Both the position numbers and the translations under genes were made by a program. A stretch of DNA of 64,000 nt from Trichosphaerium sp. ATCC 40318 (Eukaryota; Protista; Tubulinea). The stretch's first letter is position 1. Each line of letters starts with the position of its first letter. Shown piece after piece: positions 47,696 to 61,500 of this stretch. The stretch is taken from the NCBI GenBank assembly GCA_038496445.1, contig JALMLS010000612.1, positions 186,001 to 250,000 of the forward strand. The letters run 5' to 3'. A model generated the notes under the pieces. That model was not told the DNA's origin, made no database searches, and saw only the letters and a program-made list of their open reading frames with translations.

Positions 47696-48857
47696 TAGAG
47701 CCAGATTACGTAAGCATTCCACACATGCTTATCTGCTTTAAAAGATGTTGTTAAACAAGGTAGTGGAGTGTGAGAGCATAAAATTACGTTGTAAGCACGG
47801 AAAAAAGTACTTACTTAAAAGCAAAAACTTTTTGCCTTAAAAGGAAAGTAGCAACATAAACTCCTTTAACACGGTTTCATGATGCCTGCACATTACACAG
47901 CCTTTTAATTGTTCCAAATATGTAGGAACTGAAGTTATAAGTGTTTTACAGCGTTTAGTGGCTAAAAAAGTTAATTGCTCTTTAAAATCAAAGAACAATA
48001 CTATACAAGCGTTATTTGTGCGTAGAATATGCGTTTCCAAGCATAAAACGCTGTTTAAAACAAAAAGGCAAGAAAAAGGTATAATGCCAGGCAATGCCAT
48101 CGATATTATCTAAACTATATAAACAGATCATATACTTCTGTTTCTACATAGTCACGGTTTGGACCGTTTTGGCCCTAGCCTTTAATATTGGTTTTACGAA
48201 AAATTCCAGCTGTAGAAAACTGGGCCATTTTTAAAAACACATAAACGTGCCAGCTAAAATACATCACTTGCAACGCATGTGAGTATATCGGTGGCAATAA
48301 CTGAGATGTAAAATTGATTGTTTGATAACTTTGGGAAAAAAAAAATGTAAGTGAGTACTTTTGGTGCAAACGCTATTGGCATGCGTATTTTTACAATTGA
48401 TCATAGTGGCACCACTATGCCATATACTCATTTTCTAATGAAGAAAGGTGTAGAACATAACATATAACATCAGTGTAGAATAGTAAACCTTTTGTTTCAT
48501 CAAATATCATTCAACAAACTCCCACATTTGACGCACTTTATTGTGCATTTACTTTTTAATAACATGCTTTGAGGCTATTAAATACGACCATTGACACCTA
48601 CTCAAAGTGATGAAAACATAATTGATAATGTGTGCAATAAGTATAACTTAGCTAAACAATGCTTAAAAAGTCACAAAATTAAACTATTTTTTAGAGTCAT
48701 TGTAGGCTACATCACTGTTGGTGAATGTTTCATACTCTCTATATATTATTCACAGTATGTATGGCTACTATTTACTCAAGCGTCAATCATAAAAAACTAT
48801 TTTCAACATCAAAATAATTTTGTTTTAAAAGTGGAGTGCTTACATAATCTGGCTCTA
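47696..48857. mobile_element. ~1.16-kb non-autonomous TIR DNA transposon
   Basis: 27-bp imperfect TIRs TAGAGCCAGATTACGTAAGCATTCCAC (47696-47722) and GTGGAGTGCTTACATAATCTGGCTCTA (48831-48857), 2 mismatches; non-coding AT-rich interior. Confidence 0.8.
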
Positions 48858-49039
48858 AATAAGTTGTTAATACACTAGTGAAAACGTTTAATCTTTTTTA
48901 TTTGTACTTTCTTGAGGTTCTTGATGCTTGTTTGCGTAATTATTGGTTTGTCAATCGATAAGAGTGTTCGAAGATACCGTTAGTACGTATACCAGTTTAA
49001 CGTAGGAAATGATGACCTAACTTGTCAATCCACACTACT

Positions 49040-50624
49040 TAAGTTAATTGATTTGTAGAACGATGTTCTTCTTGCGGTTCCTGCGTTCTATCATGGTACA
49101 TCCAAGTGTATTGAACGTCTTCCGCGAGTCTAGATTGTATAATCTATTAGGTAACACGAAAATCACGTGGTCATGCACTACTGCGAAATAAATCAATACA
49201 GAGACGCATCCACCTAAAATCTTTAGTCTAAAATTTTGTGTAGAGTTTACCTTTGCCTAGCTTGCTTCTTTTTCTTTACTAGTTTCTCCTCATCCCACTC
49301 AAACTCTGGGTAAAGTGCGAATAGTGGTTTAGGCCAGTAAACAAGAAATCCAGAGCCTCCTTGCTCGCTAATTTGTTGATGTGACACGTGATACCTAAAA
49401 TAATAAACAAATAGAGAAATAGAACTTAGTCTTACCAATCTTGTGGCTCTTTAATACACAATGGCTCCTCTAATCTCTTGAGAAATGATGTTAAATTCTT
49501 TTCATCAAGCCAATACCCCGTAGGAACCCACCTGTAGGCACAAAAAAAGTCAAAAAGTTGCACAAAACCAACAAAATAGGTAAATTGAACTGAACATGTG
49601 CTACACGTACTTGAATTTTGAGAGATCCCATTTATAGTCAGGAAATACAGCGATCAAAATCTTCATAAAAGAAAAGTTATGGATAGCCAAAAGACGTAAT
49701 CCACCGTGTTTTTCAAACACGATATTGGATAGATTGTACAAGTCACTCATATCCTTGTAATCCAGTTCTTTAGACAGATAGTCTACAAACTCTTTTTGGT
49801 GATCCGTAGAACACCAAAAGTTCGCTGGAACTTTTCTAGGCAAAGGAGTTTAATAAAAAACCATCAACCAAGAATGTAAAAAAAAGGCAAAAAAGTAAAA
49901 CTGCTGTTAACCATGAATTACTTACTTCCATTTCCAAGGATACCAGGTGTGGTTTGGATAACATGCTCTTATTGAAGCTGCAGGAGAGTCGTTATATCTA
50001 CAAAGGCTTAGTACAGTAAAGATTGGTTTGTCATGATTTCAATGAACGAAGTTTGTTTTCAGTTGTGGTTTTGTACTAACTTGCTTAAAAGTCCATATCC
50101 TCCGCCTTTTGCAATATCACCTGACGTTATTTTGTAGAGTCCGTCAAGGTCCTTAATATTATGGGAACGTGACAACGTTTCGTAAAACTGAAGTTGATTT
50201 TTTTTATCGTCCCAGAATGATCTTGGTGTTGCTCTTAATGTGCGTGGTAAGGATGATATTCAGTGTTGGTATTACTTACTGAAACTTCCAGGTATGCCAT
50301 TCATAGCGTGGGTAAGCTTCCATGACTACTTTGGAAGGCGAAATGATGCGTGTTTCTCTAAAACGGATATGAGCGTTATCTCTGGGCGTTTAAATATGTG
50401 TAGGGGCGTAAAACGAATTAATGTAATATTTAGCGTTTATTTTATTGTACCTGTACAAAATACTACGGCCACCACTCCGTGATAAGAAATCACCTATGCG
50501 TATGTCGTACCAGTCATCAAGGCTTTTAAATCTGAGGCTAATGGCTACATTTTCCATAAATTGCGAAAATTGCGTCGCATAAACCTTGGTGAGTGCTGCC
50601 ATAGCGAGCAACAGCTATTTCATG
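49040..50624 (-). CDS. Second W-rich repeat protein (same family as 36686-37849)
   Basis: LDDWYDI..GG..IL, PRSFWDD, WYPWK, KVPANFW, HGGLRLL, FPDYKWDLSKF, VPTGYW, YPEFEW; ends approximate. Confidence 0.7.
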
Positions 50625-50738
50625 AACAAAAAATGAGGCTCAGACTGCGCTAAGTCAGCTCGGTTTAAGGTGACATTCTCCATGAGTGAAATTCAACATC
50701 ACGACACTGATTAGCATAAATACTATGATAACAGTTTA

Positions 50739-51056
50739 ATGTATGTACAAGATGAAAGGTGGAAACGGCTGCTGGCCTTGGAGAACAAATTCACTACTAT
50801 TTGGGAGGAGAGGTTGGCTAAGATTAAATTGTCAGAGTCGCAGCGGTGTACCTTTAAGCCAAGGGACACTTGTGCCAGCAAGGTAGTATTCGAGCGTATC
50901 GTGGTACCTACTCTACGGCAAAGAAAAAACCCCTCCAGAGACGAGACAGAAGCATTGATGAAGCGATTGCAGGATTTAGGAGACGAAGTGCTCAAACGTA
51001 GTTGCAGCCATATTAAAGAGGAAATTGCTGTATCAAGAGAAAATGTGTTCGGATGA
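50739..51056 (+). CDS. Hypothetical small helical protein
   Basis: 105-aa intronless ORF with protein-like composition between two minus-strand genes; no motif recognised. Confidence 0.4.
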   Translation: MYVQDERWKRLLALENKFTTIWEERLAKIKLSESQRCTFKPRDTCASKVVFERIVVPTLRQRKNPSRDETEALMKRLQDLGDEVLKRSCSHIKEEIAVSRENVFG

Positions 51057-51114
51057 GTGAACGCGTAGCGGATCCCAACTACGTACTTTAACCTTTTTCT
51101 TTATCGAAGGTAAT

Positions 51115-54100
51115 TTACATGGTAGGCGCGAATATAGTATGACGCCGTTGAGGTGAAGCAACATCGTAGTTTGGATCCGTACTCTACAAAAAATAGTCAA
51201 TTGTACAGTAAAGCTAGCGCTCGGTTATGGTGTACCTCAAGCATTTCGCGGAGACGAATAACTTCTTTTTCAAGTCTATTTGTTTTCTCCTTCTCTTCTT
51301 TCAAAATAATATTTACAAGGCTATTGTAGTCGCCTACAATATCACGATAGGAATACTCTAAAGCCAAAAAGTTAAACTTAAAAGTAAACTCTTCAAAAGC
51401 CTTAATACCTGGTCTGAACGAAGAGTCCCAACGTAACCAATAGTTCTACAAATAATATGGTCAATTACATGCTAGTTTAACGCTATTGCTAACCTCCCAT
51501 AACTTTACAGACTTGGCTGTTGCCAAAACAAACAATGGGTCTGACACTGTCTTATAAAACTTATTTACGAACGCAGGTCGTATAGAATCCATATTAATCC
51601 AACTCCATAGAGACGCTGTTTTCTAAATAACGAAGATCAGCACTAGCCTAAAAACTACAACCAAGATAGTGCTTACGCCTTGGAGAGAGTGCTCATCACG
51701 CTCTTTCTCGCAGTCGCAGAAGAAAGTACCAAATCTACAATTATACAACGAGTCTAAAATACATATCAACAGCTCCTACAGTTGAACACAATTAATATAG
51801 TGGCCTCTTGCCACTTAATCTTAATTAGGATTTTAGACTCACCTCATTGAATTCAAACGCTGTTGGGAACTGTCTCATGATTTGCCATACACAGTCAAAA
51901 AATTGTACGAATACTGGAGACCTCTGATCCCTGGAAGCAGTCCCTTGTTTGTGTCCTTTTCGTAATCAGTATTATAATAAACAACTAACTCACAACTCAT
52001 ACTCATAACATACCTACGCGTGTAGCAAACCTGTGGCCAAAAGAGAGCCATTCTTTTTGTATTAGAATCTCAAACCCTCTTATAGTCCTATAAAATGGGT
52101 CTAGTAGCAGTTGTGACAAGCTCAGGACTTGAGGTGTCCTATCCCATCCATCTATTCAAAATTAAGCCGAAAAGTACAACATAGCCAAGTAAAGTACCTG
52201 AACAGTGTACTACAATGCTTGATTTCTTGAATACGACGATTTCAACCATCTTTATAGCAGCACTGAGTACATTTCGCACATGCTAAATAAAGTCTAAATC
52301 CCTCGCTATGTTATTAGCTAATTTGTTGCTTACTTTAAGCCAAGATGTTGCCTCAAGCTCTGATAACCACTTTGAATCATCGGCTCCTTCTTGAGTTGCT
52401 TTGATCAATGCAGCAAGTCTGATAAAAAGTTTAAGTTCCACTAGCTTAAACGAACAAAAAAACTTTTAAAAACGTACTTGTACCACGAGTCACGCATAAC
52501 ATGTATATTATCAATATTCATAAACATAAGCTGACAGTTTCTATAATATAAAGAATTCTCATATCCACCCTACGAGCAAAGTCAATAGTACTATTCTCGG
52601 TCTTAAATTCGTTTTTAATTTTTTTTTACAACAAAGGAAATGTACCTGCTTTCTTGGGTTTACAGCATTGGCCACAGCGTTTGCTTTAGGCCTACAATCT
52701 ACAATATATAGTGTATCAGATAATTTATTACTTAGACGTATAGCATCAAGCAGTCGTTCATCAGCTTAAATCTGTTAGAAGGAATAAAAAAAGTTAACTG
52801 AAACCTACCTTCACATCGTCCACCATATAATCCTACGAGAGGCTGTGAACATCTAGTGAATGTTATAGAATTTTCTGGATGTCTCCAGCAAATAACAGGA
52901 ATCCTAGCGGATTAATTAATAACTCAACTATTCTTTATATTTTGTGGCACCTTGCGATTGACCGAAACTTCCCCACTTCTTTCAGAAGCGAAATGTCATT
53001 CATTGATTTTGGTATAAGCAATAGCCTAGGATATGTGGGACATAGGCCATAGTCTTTGTTGATATTTGATATAACCCAAGGACTATTTGCAGGTGGTATC
53101 CAGCGTGCATAATGCTATTGTGTTATTTTAGTTGAGCGCAAAGAGTTCGAATGTCAGGGACACTAACCTCCAATGGATCAAATAAATTCCATCCATCTTG
53201 AAAAGCTGTATGCGACGCTTTAGCCAAGAATCTATAATGGAAAGCAAATAAATCAACCAAGTGTTCAACTTCAACATAAGGTCTCAAGTAACTAACAAGC
53301 CTAGTGATAAACAAAAAACAATCAGAATTTTACTAACTTTGTGCACAGAAACGCGCACCATTCGGCGTCCTTTAAGTTCTCTTCATCTAGGTTGTTTTGA
53401 CCAACCTAATTATAAGGTGAGAAAACTCACTGAAGCTGTAGGGCAGTGCAAATGGAAAAACTTTGTTTTACAAAAACCTTAACTTCAAAAATGCGTAATT
53501 ACCTTTAATACACGAATTGTAAGGCTTCTTGTATCTTTACACCTTAGCGCTATTTCGCATCCATTTCGTGTTATTGTATCAATTGTAGTGTATGGTACCT
53601 AAATACATTGAAAATGTTAACGACTTTTTTTCTTTGGCTGACACATGACACTTCAAGGATATCCACAGTACCATGACATTTTCAAGAAAGAAAATAAACA
53701 AAAAATTAGAAAACGCACCCACATCGTGTCTCCTAAAAAATTTTCAGTTTGGGTGACTGTTAATAGAGACACTATATTACCTGTTTCCATAGAGCGTAGA
53801 ATGAGTCGATAATTTGTTACTGTAATAAGCAGACTTTCAGTCTCTGTTCCAAACAATATCTCGGCATGCACCTGAAGCGTATGTTAGATAATTAAACCTG
53901 TACGACAATTCTACAAAAGTAATTCGCTCGAAAAGGACCAAGAAGATTTGGTGTACCTGGGTTTTAGTTTTTGTGCGTTGTTGTGGTTGCTCACCGTCGT
54001 AATATTGTGTGACTTGAAGTTGGCGATCTTCAGTACCTAAATCGGTGGATAAGCACGTATTAACTACAAAAGCACATACCCTCGCGGAATCGAGGCATCA

Positions 54101-54128
54101 TGCGCGATAAAATGCTTGTTGCGCGCAT
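51115..54128 (-). CDS. Myotubularin-family phosphoinositide 3-phosphatase (catalytic motif intact)
   Basis: GRAM-like [19 protein letters not shown]|[32 protein letters not shown]|[37 protein letters not shown]. Confidence 0.93.
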
Positions 54129-54332
54129 TTTAAGATTAAACGCTGCTATTTGTACAAATAAACGCGTGTATGGAGCTTCAAGCTATTAAAATGTTGTTGT
54201 GACACAAGACAACTTAAACGAGACTTAAAGCAGCTTATCGTTAAGCGCATGTACTGTCAACATGTTCGTGTACTCTTATCAACAAGATTTTCTATTAAAT
54301 AACAAGTGAACAGTTGATACAACACGTGTCTT

Positions 54333-57300
54333 TTATGTAACAACATTTTCTGTACTTTCCTCATTATTACTTTTTGTTGTAACTTCAATTTTTCCATCCT
54401 CACTTGTTTCAACTGTTGATTTGTTTATATCAACCTTATTAGTATTGCCATCTCCTTCTTTTTCAATGCGTTCATAAAATAATACATAAGCCTAATAGTA
54501 CAGTTAAATTCAATCAAATCTGTCCACGTGGACATTACCTGAACTTGCAAAACTTTTTGAAGTGTTGTGTTTGAAGTATGCATATCTGAAAAGTAATGCC
54601 ATTCATTCCCTAAAACAAGCTGAGCGTCTCTTCGTTGAAAATTTGGTTACAACATACCTCGTCTTGTCCAAGCAACGTAATGACCTGAATGAAGTCCCCC
54701 ACTATGCTCAGCAATACCTTGAAGTTCATAGGAGAACGTATTGTTACAGTTTTCTTCAATTGACTTATCCATAAAATTATCTATACTTAATTTCAAAGGG
54801 AATGTAATACGCTTGCCATTCTTTGATAAAACACCACGATTGTTTTGCGAAAACCTCTTCAAATGTAATGTGAGTATGCGCGGCGCTTTATTGATGAGAT
54901 ATTGCTTAGATGCAGGCGTCTTTATCAATCTAAAGTCGGATTTAAAAAAAAAACCAATGTTACATCTTCCCGTTTGTCTACTTACTTGACGCTTGGTTTA
55001 GCTGGCTTCTTTGCACCTTTCTTAGGTAACGTTGCTGGGTCAATACTATTTGGACTTACCGCATCAGGCTCGGTACTATCAGTTGGTGCAGAATCATTTG
55101 AAGAAGATGTATCATCTGTTTCACTTGTTGCTGTTGCAGAATCTTCGTGTGTTGTGAGAGGTTCAGCTGGTGCGCTGTCTACAGTATCTTGCGTGGTTTC
55201 TGTTTTACTAGCTTGCTCTGCAAGAAATTTTAATGTTGGAAATTGACTAGTTTCCGCTTTACTAGCTTGCTCGGCAAGGGATTTCAATGTAGGCACTTGT
55301 TGAGTCTTTTCACTGGCTTGCTCGGCAAGGGATCTCAATGTAGGCACTTGACTCTTCTCAGCTTTACTGGCTCGTTCTGCAAGGTACTTCAATGTGGGTA
55401 CTTGTTGATTCTTTTGCGCTTTACTGGCTTGCTCTGCGAGACTTTTTAATGTTGGAACTTGAGTGGTTTCCGCTTTACTAGCTTGTTCGGCAAGGGATTT
55501 CAATGTGGGTACTTGTTGAGTCTTTTCACTGGCTTGCTCGGCAAGGGATCTCAATGTAGGCACTTGACTCTTCTCAGCTTTACTGGCTTGTTCTGCCAGA
55601 CTTTTTAGTGTAGGTATTTTGGTAGGTTTGTTATCAGCTTCTGTGTCTTCATTGGCCTTAGGTGTACTACACTCTTTGTAATCTGTCTTTCCAGGCTTCT
55701 TTTTATCTTCCTCTTTTTTTGGTCCGTACTCAGCCTCCAAGTTTGTAATATCCATGTTATGTGCAAGCTTTTGAAAAAAATAACAGTCAGTAAAAAAATA
55801 CATTAAAAGGATTGTATTACCATGTATCGTTTTGTGCATGTGTAGCATCCAAACCCGTTATCTCCGATCAATATATCTGGTTCTGTAAATGCATAAAGAC
55901 AACCCTGTAGTATGTAACGTTAAGCTCTCTTGAAAACTTGATCATAGACTTTTTTTTCAAAAAACTTTAAATGTACTCACCTCCAGAGAAGAAAGTGCAG
56001 GTTTAGTCGAAGTTTCACGCTTATCATATGATGCCCCATTGTTATTAGCGTTTAATGTCTTTGGTAAAGTGCCCTTATTGTATTTAGGTTCTCCTTCACT
56101 CAACTCATCATCCAAATCTACAGCATCTTGTTCGCTTTGGTTGCTGTTTTTTTCTTCGCCATTTTCGCCTTTAGAGTCCACTTCCTCGTCTTTTTCAGAG
56201 GATGTGGTAACTAGCGTAGTGTCTGTTTCTATTAATTCTTGTTCTTTTCCCTCAGTATTTGGTACAACAGGTGTATTAGGCTCTCTAGAATCTTGTTTAT
56301 CACCCACAGTAGAATCTGCTTCAGCGCTCGTGTCTTTGTTCAGTTCACTAGTTGTAGCTTCCACTGTTGTTCCGACTTCGCTAATTACTGTATCATTTTT
56401 AGCTCCCTTTTCATCTTGAAGTTCTCCTTCGGATGAGGAAACAGTTGTAACTTCTTCAATCTTCGTATCTGTAGCTTCAGCTGTAGTATCTGTATCACCG
56501 GTTGCAAGCTTGTCAGCTTCATCTGAGGTTGTGTTTCCGTTTTCTCCACTAGTTGTATCAGCATCAACATTGCCATTCGGTGTTTCTTTCTTCGCTTCTA
56601 ATTCAGCTGCTAGCTTCTCAGCTTCTAACTTCTCTGCTTCTAATTTCTTCGCAGCTTCCAACGCTTCTTGTCTCTTTCGCATCATCATTCTCTGCTTTGC
56701 AGCTCCTCTATTTCTTTTCCCTTTCCTATGTATACTTTTTGAGCACGTGCCATAGATTACTTCGTATACGCACCCTTTTTTACCAGATCCATATTTAGCC
56801 GTCACTTTATCTTGTTCTTTAGGTTTTGCAATAAAAACAGGGCGATTCTGTTTTTTTTGAGGAAGTGCTGGAATAGGTAAAGATATATCCAAATAGAATT
56901 CTTTTATCCTTGATGCTACACCACATCTATGACATGTTATAGTGCTTGATAGTTCTCCGCCAAATAGTTTTTCCATGGATAATATATCCTTGTTCTCTTG
57001 AACAAAAGTTAGGGTGGTCATGCACAAAAGGACAAAGAGTACATACTGTAAGTTGAAAGTTTTTTTGCTTTGTCGTTATCGCCTTTATCTTTGGCTATTG
57101 CTGCCTGTTTTCGCTTTATACGAACGACCTTATGTTCTTCAAGAGATACACCATCTATAAGATATCGTAATAACTCATGGGCATCTTGTTGTCTACCACC
57201 TCTAAACCTTGGTGCCCTAAAGTAAAAAAATAAGCAAAGAACTGTCCGTTATCTGAAAAAACTTACTTATTTATCACCTGTGATCGCAAGTTGGATGGTG

Positions 57301-58161
57301 AGAAGCGTTGTCCTCCTCCTCTCCATACTTGTACCATTAGACTTCTCAACGCCTTTTTAAGTGGTCCCTCAACCCTACAACATATTTAACATTTCAAACC
57401 AACACAAAAGTAAAATACCTATGTGGAGGTTCATTTTCCCTGGTTTGCAGTGTAAAGTATGCAGGTTCTGTTCCAGGTAAAGGAACCAATAACGCTCTTA
57501 GTGGACGTAATGCAATTAAATTCTGAAGTCAACGTTACACTGGTCGATAGGTTAACAGCAAACAAATCACTTACTTGAACAATAGAATTAAAGAAGCAAG
57601 TATTACCAAGATTTTGAAGTCCTTTAACTCCAGCAGTATATCCATCTTGTAGAGTAAGAGACTGTGGCGCACCTCCTCCTTTCTTCTTTTTACCACCTCT
57701 GTTGTTACGGTTATTCTGACCAACTGCATTTTTTTGTTTTTTCCGATTTGCTTGCTGTTGTTTATAACCTACAAGAGCAATCAAATTAACATCCTAGCTC
57801 ACTAAATATAGGTTATAGATAGTACCATTTTTAGAACTATTTTGATCATCGTTATCTCCACCGCCTTCACTATAAGCACGTTTTTCTGCCATCTTTTGTG
57901 AAAAAAAAAGTTAACAATTTTTGCAATTGGGTAATCACGTGGTTTACGTACTCTAAGCTCTAGTTGTTTTATTATTTTCTTCGATAGTTTTCTTCCTCTG
58001 TACATTCCATTATCGAGATCAAGTTCTGGATCAGATAATGATATTAACGCTCCTTTCTTTGCTATTGAAATTTAACGCTGCCATGTAGATATTAACGTAC
58101 TATTAGGCCCTCCGCGTTGCCTTCGGCCGCCGTTGCGGCCCTTCTTTCTCTTTGGAGGCAT
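54333..58161 (-). CDS. Ubiquitin-specific protease (USP16/USP45-like) with long insertions
   Basis: Cys box GLQNLGNTCFFNSIVQ; FRGGRQQDAHELLRYLIDG; FGGELSSTITCHRC; LHLKRF; His box GIAEHSGGLHSGHYVAW. Confidence 0.92.
55196..55620 (-). repeat. Eight tandem 51-57-bp coding repeats (VPTLKSLAEQAS) with a 216-bp higher-order period
   Basis: Visible directly in ORF 54982-55848; the DNA block at ~55321 recurs at ~55537. Confidence 0.95.
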
Positions 58162-58507
58162 CTTATGCTAGCTTCTCTATTGTAGTGTTATTTCGGATAC
58201 TCAGGCGCGAAATAGGTTAAAAAAATAACAATTTGTGTAAACAATGATGTAGCCTGGCTAATCCGTGTTTCTACGCCCAGAAACCATGTTGAATGCAACA
58301 GCGAAGAAAATACGTGTATTATTCACAGCAGGCGTTAATGGCTGTTGTAAAAAAGGTATTTCACCTATGGTTACGTACAACAACAGCTTTGTAGTGATGA
58401 TGTGTTCTTTTCTCAACAATGGCTTAGTTTGATGAAGCACTGGACTTAAAATACTTTCAGTTGAGCTTCGCGGTGCTATAATTGACATCAATTAGTTGGA
58501 TATTGGC

Positions 58508-61500
58508 ATGTCAGAGTTATACTTCTTTCTTAATGGAGTGGAAACGGTTTGTACCGTAGATCCATCAATGACGCTTTTAGAGTGGCTTAGATCTAGAAAA
58601 GTGCGCCTCACTGGTACTAAACTTGGTTGTGGTACGTTAAATGCGAAAACAATATATTCGCTGAGTGAAAATAGGCGAAGGAAAATGTGGGGCTTGCACT
58701 GTAGTGCTACAGAGGTGGACAGGTTCCGAAGTAGTGTATGTATTGTTTATTTAACGACTTTTATTGTATTAATACTTTAATTAGTCACCGCGCTGTTAAT
58801 GCGTGTTTGTTTCCCATTTGCGCTGTAAATGGTCATCATGTTATAACAATAGAAGGACTAGGCACTGGTAAAAACCTCCACCCGATACAAGTAGGCCCAC
58901 TTTTACCTCTTTTTTTCCGTTTAACACTTAGATGGCTAAATATATACTTAGCAAGCTATGGTTGAGTACCACGGATCTCAGTGTGGGTTCTGTACGCCAG
59001 GTGTTGTTATGTCTATATACGCACATTACCGCCAAGGCGCCACAAAAGGTATAATTATTATGATAATTTCCTTCACATAACATTTTGTACACAGACGATA
59101 TTGAGTTTTTGATGGACGGGAATCTTTGTAGATGTACTGGTTATAGGCCTATTATTGATGCAGCTAGAAGTGTATGCCCAAGTTCAGGAAAGCCATGTGA
59201 CTGTGGGAGCAATAATGTAAGATTTTATGATTTCTTCAAAAACAGTCTTATTAAGATTTTATAACTCAGTTGCAGCCCGCACCCGCTAAAGATGAGTCAA
59301 ACGCGTCTACTGAGGATATTGATGATGGTAAAGTCGGACCTAGTGAACTCATATTTCCACCAAAGCTAAAAAAGTTTCAACAAAACAAACTGTGCATTAA
59401 AGGCGATGCAGTGACTTGGCATCAAGTTTTGACTCTACAAGAATTATGTCAGCTAAAGGTAATGAAACTGTTTAAATGTATCAACAAACTCACGCATAAA
59501 AAAAGGGAACGAAAGGCTACTATAACGTAGATATTGGAACAATGGCTTATTTGGGATACGCACGTGGTCACGCTCATTTGCTTTACTCGAAGAACATCCA
59601 AGAGCTTTCAAAGGTGAGCATTTATTGTTATTGCTTTCTTTTTGGTGGTGCTAGGACTGAACATAAACTGCTAGATGGAAGTTAAAAATGATACTGTTAC
59701 TATTGGCGCTGCTGTTACGATAACTGATCTTCAGCTTTTTTTGAGAAATCTTATAAGTCAGAGCAAAGAGGAAGGTAAAGGATTCCGTACTGGTGGTGTA
59801 GAGTGTCTTCTCAGTTTAATGCAAAAGGTACGCTATTATTCTTTATGTAGTAAATACCAAGCAACTGTTCTAACTTCGTTGTACCTAGTTTGGTGGTCAT
59901 CAAGCCAGAAACGTTGCAACTGTTGGTGCTAATGTTTCTACTGGAAGTCCACGCTCCGATATTTTACCAATCCTCTGGGCCATGGTGCGTTTCCTTTATC
60001 ACTCATCTTTTTCTACACCAAGAAAATTTAAGTATTTTAGGGAGGTAGTGTCGTTGTCGCTGAGACAGGAGAAAAAGGTGTTGTGTATTCAACTAAAAAA
60101 ATTTCCAAAGAATTTTTTATTGGATACAGAAAAGTCAATATTGCACAAAATCAAGTGGTTGTAGCTCTAGAATTTCCTTTAATGTCTGAGAATGAATATG
60201 TATGGTGTTATAAGAAAGGAAACAGAGAAGTTGACGATTTTGCTGTATCTTCTTGTGCATTTAAAGTAGAGATTGAAAAATCAAACACCGAATCTCCTCC
60301 AACTGTTAAGTCAGCTTCCCTATGCTATGGAGCAATGGCTGATCGTATTAAACAGTATGCTTTGAGTGCTTTTTATAAGGAGGTTGTTTTAACGTGCTAT
60401 AGAGCTGAACTTACACAAGAATATATCGTTGGTAAACCTTGGACAAAAGAGACTTTTGAAGCATGCTATGACCTTTTGGATAAGGTAAGTAGGGAATGCA
60501 CTTCTCTTTAACCTAACCCCTTATTTCTTTAGGATATTCCACTTAAATTTGGAGAGCCAGGAGGCAAAATCACATACAGAAGAGTGCGTGACAATCCTTG
60601 TGAAACATGCTGACAGTTTACATTAGGTATTGGCAAGGACGTATTTGTACAAGTTTTATCTTCACATGGCCCAGAAGTTGGGTCTTCCAATCGTATGTTA
60701 GACTATTTAATCTAGTCTTAATTTCAACTTTAACAAATAGGACGAGCGAGAAGAAAGTGCAATAACTGATTTGGTTAGAGAAGCAAGTAGTAGTAAACAA
60801 GAGTTTGCAGCCAACAAGTACTCTTTTTTTTTTCCTTTATGAAATTAAATGTTATTGTAGGGAAATGTTCCCAGTTGGAGAGCCTATGAGACATGCCAAG
60901 GTACATTTGGTTACAAATAATTATGGCTTAATTAACACCAACCCATAGGCGCATGTTCAAGTAACAGGAGAGGCACTTTATGTTGATGATATTAGAGTAC
61001 CATTTGCAACATTGCATGGTGCTTTTGTTAGATCTAGTAAACCTCACGCAAAAATCACGTGCGAATAATACTTTATTTTATTTTGACTTACAAGGCTTTG
61101 TTTAATAGTGCCATTGATGCTGACGAAGCACTAAAGTCCCCTGGTGTTCATAAATTTATAACTGCTTCAGATATTCCAGGTAAAAATACTGCAACCAGTG
61201 ATGGTCATGAATTGCTTGCTAGCGAGGTTGTTCTTCATGTTGTACGGTTTTTGAAATATTATTGGGTTTCATGCTCTTTGTTACTCATTGTTACCGCAGG
61301 GATTTCCTATTGGTGTTGTAGTAGCTGATACTCTAAAGCAAGCTCAGAATGCTGCTAGAAAAGTCAAGGTCACATACGAGGTAAAAGAGCTTTGGTTTTC
61401 TTATTTGTCTGATGTTTATCAACTGTAGGTCATTGAACCTGTTATACTCACAATGCCTGACGCAATCAAGCATAAATCGCTCAACAGTCATGGTCTCTTT

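Noticed and set aside
55196-55620. Regularly spaced repeats resembling a CRISPR array
   Set aside because: In-frame coding repeats without unique spacers, in a eukaryotic gene, with no cas genes
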